NCBI RefSeq assembly: GCF_009914755.1
Contig: NC_060927.1
Strand: one strand, 5' to 3'
DNA length: 64,000 nucleotides
Source: the human T2T-CHM13v2.0 reference genome, Homo sapiens
The position numbers and the translations under genes were made by a program. The notes beneath the pieces were generated by a model. That model searched no databases. It was not told where the DNA came from and worked only from the letters and a program-made list of their open reading frames with translations. Below are positions 52,009-64,000 of this stretch, one piece after another. The first letter of the stretch is position 1. Each line of letters begins with the position of its first letter.

Positions 52009-53801
52009 TTCAAAAATAATTGTGGAAACTTTTTGAGGTTCCTACAGATTGTGAGTAGTTAAATGTCTCAGAGTAAATATAAGGACTCTTTATATTTGAA
52101 TATGTTCTCCCTCCTCCTCCCCACTCCTTTGCACGATGCGAGGGGGGAACTCTGGTATTATTTGGTTGCTGTCATTGCCTAAACTATTTTGGACTTACAT
52201 TTCTGGGGTGGAAGTGGGGAAAATGACGTTCAGTTTTCAGATAGAATTTGCCCCGACCCAGTGAGTTTGCCATTTCTGTTGCCTGCCAAAGCAATGAGCT
52301 TATCTTTCATCTTTAAACCAATTCTGACAGAAAATAGGATGTGATCTGGCCAAGGAAACATAATTCAGTGCGTAAAACATGTTTTGAGTATAGAGATCTT
52401 TTGAGAGATCTTCTGAAATGTGTGGGATTATAAGGAAAAGTTGTGGAGGAACAGTGTACACAGTAGACAGGCATGTGCTGTCGGGATGGGGTACTTGAGG
52501 ATTAGCTTGCCCAGAGAGCAGGTTTAGACCAACTCCTAGAAATACTCAACAGTGTCAGTCATGGGCAAGGGTGATGATGTTCATGTTTCTTTCCTAACTC
52601 TTCTCACAATGAAAAAGGAACTGTCAAAAGCCATGCTGTGAAGGTTCCCTGAGATTTCAGCCCATGGGCCCCTGATTTCCCTATTCTCTTTTGAGGAGGA
52701 CCCTGGGTGACATCTCTTCACCATAGGTTTAGTGGTGTGCATTTAGATGACTCACAGATCTTCCTGTCTGCTCAAACTTTTTCTGATTCATTAATTATAA
52801 CACCCCATGTCAAAGTGATCCCAAACTGGATCTCTGCCTGACTAGAACAAACTGTTTAGCTTGCTGCTCATCCTAATCACCTGGACAGGAGTCTTTTCCA
52901 TTACAATAGAGAAATTACCACCTTGTCACTCTGCCCAGCCTTCTAAGCCTTTGGGCTCATTTTTAGGCTCATCCTAGGCACATCTGACTATAGCCTAATC
53001 AAACATACCTCATAAAGTGCCCGGGCAGGCACTTGGATAAAAAATAGTGAAGATGTTTAGATTAAAACAAGGAAGAAGAAAATCACTGTAGAAGATACGT
53101 GCGGTGGGAGAAAGTGAAGTGTTAGGATAAAATTCAAAGTGTCAAGTAAGTCTCCCAGTGTAGGTCATCTAGAAGACTTTAACCAAACATTTTTGTGTTT
53201 GATACATAGTGTAAGTTTTATTCTGGCATGTTTGGGTTAAAAACCATTCTCCTTGCTTAGAATTAGTTAAAAAAAAAAACACTAAAAATAAAAATCTAAT
53301 TAACTTCAGACAGGTTTTGGGGTTCTATTTTGTTTTTAAAGTCATCATCATTTTTGTGGGATCTCTTACCTAGAAATATATTACCAGTGCATGCATTCTT
53401 TTTGCTGTTTGTGGATTATTTATGACAACCTGATGACATTTCAGTTCCAGGTCAATTTTCCTTAGCTACGGAAGACTCTTTAACTTCTCTGCAGTTGATA
53501 CTTTTCTGCCTTGTGTCGTCTAAGAAATGTAAAATTGATTTTACTTTTAACCATAAGAAATGTAAATAGTAGTTACATTAAATGTGTTATATTTGAAAAC
53601 TTAAATTATTTTTGCATATATTTATATCATTTTAAGAAAATGTATTTATGGGAGAAGAAGATATTTCAAAGTGATTTGAAAATGGTTTTCAGAATTCTTA
53701 ATTCAGTTGCCTTTCTTTAGCACTGGCAATCAAGAGCTGGCTCACAGGTTTCAATTTCAGATCCTAGTGGGAACCTCTGGTGGAATCTTAGAAATGCTTT
53801 T

Positions 53802-54109
53802 TTTGTTGTTGTTGTTGTTGAGATGGCGTCTCCCTCTGCCACTCAGGCTGGAGTGCAGTGGCATGACCTTGGCTCACTGCAACCTCCGCCTCCTGGGTTC
53901 AAGTGATTCTCCTACCTCAGCCTACCCGAGTAGCTGGGACTACAGGCATGCACCACCATGCCCAGCTAATTTTTTTTTTTTGTATTTTTAGTAGAGACAA
54001 GGCTTTACCAGGTTGGCCAGGCTGGTCTCAAACTCTTGACCTCAGATAATCTGCCAGCCTTGGCCTCCCAAAGTGCTGGGATTACAGGCGTGAGCTACCA
54101 CGCCTGGCC
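53802..54109 (-). mobile_element. Alu (AluS) with (TTG)n tail
   Basis: TSD ttagaaatgctttt at 53788 and 54110. Confidence 0.97.
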
Positions 54110-55324
54110 TTAGAAATGCTTTTACATATTTATTAGTACTTTTAGTTTTTGAAAGTGTCTAGGTGTGTCTACTTGTAATCTATTTGAAGTTAATTTTTAT
54201 AAAGGAAATATGATTTTTTAATTTAGGGTTGTTGGAATTTTCTTTTATTGCTTTTATGTCAGATGTTTGGAATAACCTTAAGAGAAGGGTTCACACAATA
54301 AAAATATGTGATTACAAAAAGAGCTCACCTGTTATCAAAGTAGTTATCTGTATAGTGGAATTTTAACTGAAAGGGAATGTCCCCTGGCAGGAGAAAAATG
54401 GTAAAATCCCTTAGCAAGTCAATTATAAGGCATGTTAATTCTACAAAGATATTAACCTTATGATCTTCAATTCTGGGGTGCATTCTCTACCCTGCAAGGT
54501 CAGCTAAAAATATGCTGAAAAGCAAATTTTATAAGATAATGAAATAAAAATGTGAAGCTAAGTCTGTAAGATACAAATTAGAAGATAAAATCCCTTGTTA
54601 AATGATTCTGACAAATCCTTTTGCTCTTTTACAATTAGTAGTCTGTTCTTTCGGGATGTTCATAAAATACTGATTAAAAAACAACGACAACCAAAAGTAA
54701 AACAAAACTGATGTACATAGAGAAGCCTTGTAGTTGAATGACTTACCCATCTGATAATTTGTACTGTGGAGATTATTTTTCATATTTGTACAGTTAATGA
54801 GTATAACTGTAGCTATTGTTAGCTCTGTTCTTAATATATAACATGGGAAAACTTTATTATATAAGTTACTATAATAATTTTTAATAGATTTGAATGTTTC
54901 TAAGTGCTTTGAATTTCAAAAAACAGTTATATGAAAATAGATAATAATGCTATTTATTTTGAATTTCATATGTTAACAGTTTCAATTTAGTGCAATAAAA
55001 TGAGCATAAGCTAAATATATAATAGTTGAATTATATTATTATTAAATCTTTTGATTTTATGAAAAGTTCTGTACTATCTTTAAATTAGAAACTAGCATAT
55101 GATCAATTCTTAGTTTCTTAAACAGTTTGATATTAATACTGATATTAATCATGATTTAAAATGCATATAACCTGAACTTTTGAAAATTTATTACTGCACT
55201 AGCATATTTGGCGCAGATCAAAGGGATAGAGCTGTCATCTCTGGGCATCATGCCTGCGGACATGATTGATTTCAGGCATCATGGTTTCCAGCTCTCATTT
55301 CTTTTGTTTTTTGAAAGATAAAGA

Positions 55325-55830
55325 ATCTTGAAATGTTAGAATCTTAGACTCTAAGGCCTCAGTGCCCTGCACAAACATCCAAGAGGAACTCACTTCATTT
55401 TTAGACAGATCTGATGGTTAGAAAGAATTTCCTCATACGGAACCCCCAAAACTGCCTGTTAGAAACATCTGCTTATTGATTTCAGTTTTAACCTCTGAAA
55501 CCACCATACAAAATTATGTCTGATGTCTCTTCCTTAAGACCATAAAAGGATGTGAAAAGAGCACTTCTTCTTTTCCAGAGTAACATTTTCATTTCCTTCA
55601 ACTATTGTGCCCCCAACAGGGTTTCTTAGCCCCTCTTCATAACCTCTCCATAGTCCTTATGTTCTTACCAGATGTAGACAGATAGCACCAGATAGAGTGG
55701 GCTTTCATCTCTTCTTGCTAGCCAGCTACTTCACAGTGTTGGCTCATATTACAATATGTCACTTCACATGCTTTTCAGTTAAGGTAGGCATCCCCTCTCT
55801 ATTCTCTACTTTTGGACTTCTATTCATTCC
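55325..55830 (-). mobile_element. L3/CR1 relic
   Basis: gttagaaagaatttcctcata, cttcttttccag...ttccttcaac, cacagtgttggctcatatt. Confidence 0.6.
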
Positions 55831-57440
55831 ACTTGATGCTACTAAGTTTAGACTATAGGTGATACCTTTCAGTTATATAAACAGATAAAGATGACAATGC
55901 TTACTTATGTCTGTGGGTATGCTTACATGCCACCTCGTCTTATTACTCTACCATTGGATTTTTAACTTAGACAGATGTCTGTTAGTATGCATTGAGTTCT
56001 CATGCTAGAACTTCAAAAGAGAAACCTAGAGTTTCCCTCTTAGTCCTCTCCTCTACCTCTGTTATCTGTTGTACCATTCTCAGCTCTATGTAGAATTAGT
56101 ACCATACAAAATATTCAGTAAGTATATTAAAATAGCTTTGGAGAGAGGACTGGAGTATGGAGACAAAGCGCGACCTAATTAATTAAAATTATTTTCTAGC
56201 AACAGTGTTGAACTGTGTTGTAGATTTTACTGTAAACAAATAATGTTAAATTTCAAGCCTATCAAGTCTATATCATAGACAATCTCTTGAAGATTCCCCA
56301 AAATTTATTATATGAAACTTGTTGCTGATGAGATTCATTGAAGGCTATAAACCATGATTCAGAATTGGAATCCAAAGTGTGTTACTATTCCTGTTACTGT
56401 TCACCCTGAAAATAGAATAATTGAAGTTTGCTTTTACTCTTGTTATCAAAGCAGGCTCTGGCATTTCCAGAAACCTGTAAAAGCCTTGTTGATATAGCTA
56501 ACGTTTGGAAATAAATCTTAGGTCTGAATTTACATTTAATGATTCCTTTCTTTCTATCCACCTTACCTCCAGAGAATAAACAAATACTTTTGTTGTTGCT
56601 TTTAAGTTATAGCAAGTACTCTCTTTGTCTGGAATCTGAGTAATGGTAGAGCTCAGTAGTTTGAAGTTTATGTTTTTGATTATGTGATGTTCATGTGTGA
56701 CCATATCACATATATTAAATTCAACTTTTATGAAAGAGACCTGGGTCAAGTAAGTTGATATGAGGGATCTAGTCTAGTGAAGAAAATAATTATCATATAT
56801 ATTGTATGATACCCAACTCTTGGGTTCCTTGTGACTATTACCATCTATAAAAATAACTCAAACACTGTGCCTCTTCAAGCTATGAAGATTTTATTTGAAA
56901 ATTATATTTAGAATAGTTTGGGTATTGATATAGTTTACTTTAACTCCTCAGAAATTGATTATGTTTTTCTGGAGGCATGTATGGTAACTCTCACTGAAGC
57001 GAAACACCGTATTCCAAATGAGTCCATGTTTTTATTTTGTTTAATTTTTTCTGCTAAATCTAAGAAAACATATCAAGCCATAACCTTGCATGGAAAATGA
57101 ATTGTGTGCCACTGTCCACTTAAGTATACTGCCATCCATAAGCAAATTTCAAGATATTGGAAATACCATAGAATTAGTTTTAGAAGTCAAATTAACATTT
57201 GCCAGTTTTTAGTATTTGTGTTGAAACCTGAAACTTATCTTTATAGGAAATACAATTGAAGGAGAAACTGATATGTGTAGTAAAAATTTCAAATCTAAAC
57301 ATCTTGACTTACTGAATATCATCATGTGCCAAAAATTTTGAATAAAGTCACTGAAATTAGGATTTGAAATAGAGTAAAATAAATCAGTATTCTCTTTCCT
57401 TTCTTTTCAGGAAGTATATATGTGGTTCAATATTTTCATC

Positions 57441-57732
57441 TTTTTTTTTTTTTTTGGGATGGATTCTCACCCTGTTGCCCAGGCTGGGGTGCAGTGGCAC
57501 CATCTCGGCTCACTGCAAGCTCCGCCTCCTGGTTCAAGCGATTCTCCTGCCTCAGCCTCCCGAGTAGCTGGGATTACAGGCGCCTGCCACTACGCCTGAC
57601 TAATTTTTGTATTTTTAGTAGAGATGGCATTTCACCATGTTGGCCAGGATGGTCTCAGACTCCTGACCTGGTGATCCTCCCGCCTCGGCCTCCCAAAGTG
57701 TTGAGACTACAGGCGTTAGCCACCGTGCCCGG
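57441..57732 (-). mobile_element. Alu (AluS)
   Basis: Poly-T followed by an antisense Alu dimer. Confidence 0.96.
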
Positions 57733-57884
57733 AGTACTTTTATTTCAACAAAACTGTTAATTGTTCTACTCTCTGTCTCCTCTCCCTTTGGGCACTGGGA
57801 ATAATATAGCATAAACTTGGTATTATTTATTTTGCATGCTTTGCCATGATTCAGGTTTCGTACCCATTCATCACCCAGCTGCAG

Positions 57885-58115
57885 TGTTCACGAAGATGGA
57901 ATAAGCTGAGTGGCCAAGCCTGGGTGATATTTCTATACCTGAAACTCAGGTAGAATTAGGTCAGTCCCACTCAAGGAGCCATGGACTATTTTCCCAAAAT
58001 ATATATACATTCAAGGTACATGGAATATTTTCCTAAAAATCTAAGCGCCTTTACCAAGGAATGGAGGTGGGGGAGACTGTACGATGAGCAGGCAAAAGCA
58101 TACATGTCTATAATT
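57885..58115. mobile_element. Old MaLR LTR fragment (MLT1K/L-like)
   Basis: tggccaagcctgggt...catggact...gcaggcaaaa...atgtc. Confidence 0.5.
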
Positions 58116-58792
58116 TGCTGCTTAAGAAAAGCTAATATGGAAAATACACTTTTGTAGCTGATTATTCTGCTATTTAAATAAAGTTTCTACATGAGACTTG
58201 AAAGTTGACAATCTGATTTTGATAATTATATAAGAAGTTAACATTTCAAAATACTTATTAGCAGTATTAAGAACCATGGCTATTACAGGTATCTCTCAGG
58301 CTGCTTCAGGATAAGTCTTTTGCCATTTGCCTTGTAGTACTTATAATTGGTGCCCCCGGAGTTGTATAGCACTGATTTCTGTGGGTTGCTACACTGGAAT
58401 TAGTGACAAAGGATAACCCTTATGTCTACCAATGGAAATAGTTGGAGAATATTTCCTTTGCTATTTTGAATTGGCTTAATCTAAACTAAATGTTTTGTAT
58501 TATTTTAAATATTGACTGCTGTGGGAGCAGTAGAACTAATGCAGAGGGCATTTATTGAGGATTAATTATTGGTAGAGCATTTATATCGTAAAGAGGTTGT
58601 TACTGTAGAGAATGTGCTTAGTTTTAATGGAAAACATAATTTTAATTGGTACTAGGTGTTTCTAGTGTGGTGAGCATTTAAAGGAGAATTACTCTTCATA
58701 TATTCTCAACTGGCATTGGCTTGCTATTTATTCTTCAGTCAATATATAATTTTAATATAGTTAGAATGTAATAAACTGGCATTAACTTTTTA

Positions 58793-58876
58793 AAAAATAA
58801 TAGACCTTTTTTTAGAAGTTTTAAGCTTACAGCAAAATTGAGTGGAAACTACAGAGAATTCCTCTATACTGTCTAC
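58793..58876 (-). mobile_element. Very short L1M 3' stub with TSD
   Basis: aatagac...acagcaaaattgagtggaaactacagaga; flanking repeats actg(g/a)cattaacttttta. Confidence 0.75.
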
Positions 58877-59435
58877 ACTGACATTAACTTTTTATTCTAA
58901 GGTATTTATAGGAATATTTAAGAACACAAAGAAATATTTTACATGCTCACTTCTACAGCTAACAGGCTGTAGAAGGCATCTTTCTTTGCCTTCAGACTAG
59001 AAAGGAGAAAATGTTTTAGAGCCAAGAAACATTCTCTGACTGAGCATTGACAGTAAAAACTTAGGCCCTGGTTTTACCATACTTTTCCAACTGAACGCTT
59101 CTGTAGAGGAACACAGGAAGAGTAGGGATGCATTGTAATCTGGTCTGGAGCTTCCTGCTAGTCTGTGGATGACAAACTGCAGATCAAACGGATTGATCAT
59201 ATTCCAGAAGGGCAGTGTGATACAGGGCAAGTGTACTGACCATGGCAGTAGCCCTGGGTTCTGGCCTACCTCTGCCTCTGTCTTGGTTGTGTGGTCGATG
59301 GGTTGAACTGAGTGGCTTCAAACTCTTATCTGCCTCCAACATTCTGTAATCCTGTGATTTCACAGGATGTGTGATAGGGAGAAACATCAACTCCTACAAG
59401 GGCAGCAGTGTGAAGTCATGAGAAAAGCAATGTGA

Positions 59436-60079
<644 letters not shown>

Positions 60080-60362
60080 TAGTTTTCTGATTTAAAACAA
60101 CTAATTGCTATGTGATGTTATTTGTCCCAAGGATAACTGCTTTGTAATAAGTTACTTCAAAAAGGAGCATATTGACAGTTGCCATTGGTCACTTTTGAGC
60201 AGACTCCTGTGTGTCTTCCTTATCAGGAATATCCTTGGAATTAATATACCTGGAACAATTCTTTCTGCAGGTAAGCGATTTGCTGGAAACATGTTAGACA
60301 CACTTGAAACAGGTACTTTTTCTGGACAGTACAGTTTTTTGTTTTTTTAACAAGTAACATAT

Positions 60363-60502
60363 GACCAGGCACACTGGCTAATGCCTGTAATTCCACATTT
60401 TGGGAGGCCGAGGTGGGAGGACTGGTTGAGCTCAGGAGTTCAAGATGCCAGCCTGGGTAACGTGGAGAAACCACTCCTCTACCAAAAAAAAAAAAAAAAA
60501 AG

Positions 60503-60556
<54 letters not shown>

Positions 60557-60715
60557 AATTAGCCAGGTCTGGTGGCATGTGCCTACAGTCCCAGCTACTC
60601 AGGAGGCCAAGGTGGGAGGATCACCTGAGCCCAGGAGGCAGAGGTTTTAGTAAGCCAAGATTGCACCACTGCACTCCAGCCTGGGCAACAGAGTGAGACC
60701 CTGTCTCAAAAAAGC
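60363..60715 (+). mobile_element. AluJ with (CA)n in the central linker
   Basis: Left arm, A-run, (CA)n, right arm. Confidence 0.95.
60507..60552. repeat. (CA)23 microsatellite
   Basis: Direct count of a perfect CA repeat. Confidence 0.97.
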
Positions 60716-61734
60716 AAAGGAATATGTTATAATTTTTGATCATAATATGCTGTTAAGTGATATTTAATGTATTAATAAGGGAAAATAAGAGATCACTGTC
60801 CTTTGCTTCTTGGAACTGAAGATTTTCCATTTAAAATTATGTAAATTGATAATTAATGACTTCCCTTTTTATCAAATGACTTTGGACTAAATTTTTTTAT
60901 TAAGAATGTGATTTTGTAATATATTGCAAATTATTGCCAAATTATTGCTGACGTGAAAGGAGCCCAGGGAACACTCTTGCCTCAACAGGGGACAAGGTGG
61001 TCTTAAGGTTTCTCCAGTGGGTTTCATTTGCAGAACCCCTTCCTGAAGGTGCAGGCTGATGCCTAAACAGTGTAGGTCAGGGTTTACTTCAGCTAACCCA
61101 ATCTCTGAGGGGTATCCCATGGGGCTGGGATTATCTTCACTGTTTATTTTCCAGCTTAGTTCTCAGTGGCTTGATAGAGCTTATGAATCTTCCCAAAGAT
61201 CCTGGGGCTTCCCTGTCGTTATTCCTGATGTAGCTGCTGGCAAACATGTTTTTATACCCTTCCTGGAAGTGAAACTCTTTTTGCCTTAAATGTGCGATAT
61301 CCCATACCTGAGAAGGTCTCATTGATACAATTCATAGGAGTTTAAAAGAGGCATCTGACTGGACTAATGCCTACTCCTTTTACTTCTCCACTTATGGAAA
61401 CTGTAGACATTCATGGTTCCACCATGGTCCCTGCAGCAAAAATCTTATGGCAATGTACATAATGTACATAATGTACAAAGATCTTATGGCAATGTACATT
61501 AAATCAGCTAATGTATATTGAAATTGGTAGGGTTAAAAGTGAGACTGTCAGAATTAAACATATATGAAAGCCATCTAAATTAAAATAAAATCTATGGTGA
61601 AATAACACTTGAGAAGTAGCAATTCATTCAGCACCCAAATGCTGAGAATAGTCAAGGCAAACTTAAGTGTGTTCACAATGTAACTTTATTAAATGCTTTT
61701 CTACCCCTTAGTTTTTATCTCTAATGAGATTACT

Positions 61735-61940
61735 GACATTTATTGAGCACTTATTGTATAGCAAATGCTTTGAATTTATAATATCTTCTAATAATTCTGA
61801 AGGCAACAATTAGAGATGTAGGGATTGTTATCCCAATTTTGCTGATGAGGAATAGAGGCTCAGAGAGGCTTAGGAATTGGCCCACAATTGCAGGGTAGTA
61901 AACCTAAGGCCAGTATGCTTAGTATACCACCATGCTGCTA
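61735..61940 (-). mobile_element. MIR
   Basis: catttattgagcactta...gatgaggaatagaggctcagagagg. Confidence 0.8.
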
Positions 61941-62376
61941 ACATTACTCTGCTATTTAGGAAACTATGGAGAGAAAAAAGAGCAAATCACATTGCTTTCT
62001 CATTTGCCCACATTTCATGTCCTACTTTCTCACGTGAACCCTGTACTTCAACCAGATCTGCTGCATATGCCTCCTATCCCTTCCAGCAAGTCATGCTTGC
62101 TTTAGTATTGAACCTTTGCTCATCCTATGCCTTTAACACTCTCCTCCATCCTGTCTGTCTGTATTCCCAACTGCCATTGGTTCTTCAGGTTCCAGTTTTA
62201 TTCGTCTCCTGTGTAGAGATCCCCTGGTATATTCTAACTTTAAAAAATTCCTTTCCTTACCATTTTGACATTTATTACATATTATGCTACTATTATTTAG
62301 CTTTGTGTGTTTGTGTATGTGATCACCCAACTAGATCTCATCAGCTTTAAGAAAGCAGTAACTATTATAATAACTG

Positions 62377-62681
62377 TTTTGTTGTTGTTGTTGTTTCATA
62401 AGATGGAGTCTTGCTCTGTTGCCCAGGCTGGTGTGCAGTAGTACAATCTTGGTTACTGCAACCTCCGTCTCCCGGGTTCAAGTGATTCTCCTGCCTCAGC
62501 CTCCCAAGTAGCTGGGATTACAGGCATCCAACACCATGCCCAACTAATTTTTGTATTTTTAGTAGAGACAAGGTTTCTCCATGTTGGCCAGGCTGGTCTT
62601 GAACTCCTGACCTCAGGTGATCCACCTGCCTCAACCTCCCAAAGTGGTGGGATTAACAGGCATGAGCCAGCGCACCCGGTC
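62377..62681 (-). mobile_element. Alu (AluSx-like)
   Basis: (TTG)n tail and full antisense dimer. Confidence 0.97.
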
Positions 62682-62782
62682 TGTTAATAGTTTTTGCAGT
62701 GTTAATGCATAGGAGGTTAGTAATTTCCCAAACAGTAAAAGGCTACATCATTTGCCTTGCTATTCTGTTGGCATATAGGTAG

Positions 62783-63103
<321 letters not shown>

Positions 63104-64000
63104 GGTCATTTTTAAAAATAACTTTATTCTTGGTTCAATATTAAGTACTGAAGGGGAGAGGATTTGCAAATCTTTCATCTGCTGTTATAAAGGGCCCATC
63201 TGAACCAATGAATGCTGGAGTTTTCTGTCCCTCCTACCTAGTGTTTTCTTATACTTTTTTTTGGAGAATCCAAACAAATGGACAAATCTGTAATTACTTA
63301 GTAGTTACTATGGTTTACTGCCAAATTATCTAGGGAACTCTTAAGACATGTTTGCCTTTATTACTATATTTAATGTTTTTCAACTGAAAGGCTCTGGGAG
63401 TAATGAGGAAATGCCAAGGTAGGGGTGGGAAAGTGACAAAGAGGTAATTCAGATTTGCATTTCTTTTGAGAGATTTCCATTCTCAGTATAGCTGTCATTG
63501 TAATTTCAGTTAAAGATTGGTGCCTGGCCAGAAATGCCTGTGAAACAGCTGTGGTTTAAGCTTCAACTGTAAAAGACAGACGGGTAATTTTAACAAAAGT
63601 TTTCTCTTTATTCATAGTTTATGTTGCCACTTTCTTTATTTTATATGTGTGTGTATGTGAGTGTATATATGTTCCTGCAGTTATCTTTCTCTATATGAAG
63701 ATATTTTATTTCAGCAGATGATTTAACTAGAGATCAGACTGTCAGTTTATCATTTCTAGGCCTTTAGCCTGTAGTGGACAACAGTGACCTGAGGCATGGA
63801 ATTAATTGGCCAAAATTGCATAACAGTTGGTATAACAACATCATTTTCAGTACTACAAATTGCGTAATGTGTATGAGGCCACTGTTGGGAATAACAGAAT
63901 ATATAGAATGGGAAAGGGTTATGCACACCCAGGACAGGGAAGGCTTTAATTAAATCAACAAGAATTTTTTGACTACAAACACAACTCCATTATATTACAT

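Noticed and set aside
52570-52680. Possible C/D box snoRNA (gtgatga...ctga)
   Set aside because: No convincing terminal stem and no recognisable rRNA guide
54741-54775. Minus-strand microexon (cacag...atgg|gtaagt)
   Set aside because: Poor pyrimidine tract and opposite to the inferred transcription direction
61877-62350. Longest ORF (157 aa)
   Set aside because: Non-ATG start, overlaps MIR/L2 relics, no recognisable domain or splice context

Overview
This is AT-rich primate (human-like) non-coding DNA, most likely the inside of one very long intron transcribed on the + strand. I could not identify the host gene and can support no intact protein-coding gene or RNA gene. The window is dominated by interspersed repeats: about 21 Alus (16 minus, 5 plus), a near-full-length L1MA, two older L1M copies, a full-length decayed Tigger1 carrying three nested Alus, several hAT/Tigger MITEs, MaLR LTRs, and L2, MIR and CR1 relics. 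Nearly all listed ORFs are Alu, L1 or Tigger read-throughs. The best candidate functional signals are a promoter-like block with a possible non-coding first exon (~20.7-21.3 kb) and an AG|GTAAG recursive-splice-like site between inverted AluJs (~60.27 kb). I see no convincing novel biological system. Repeat families were called by eye from remembered consensus sequences, so subfamily names and boundaries are approximate.
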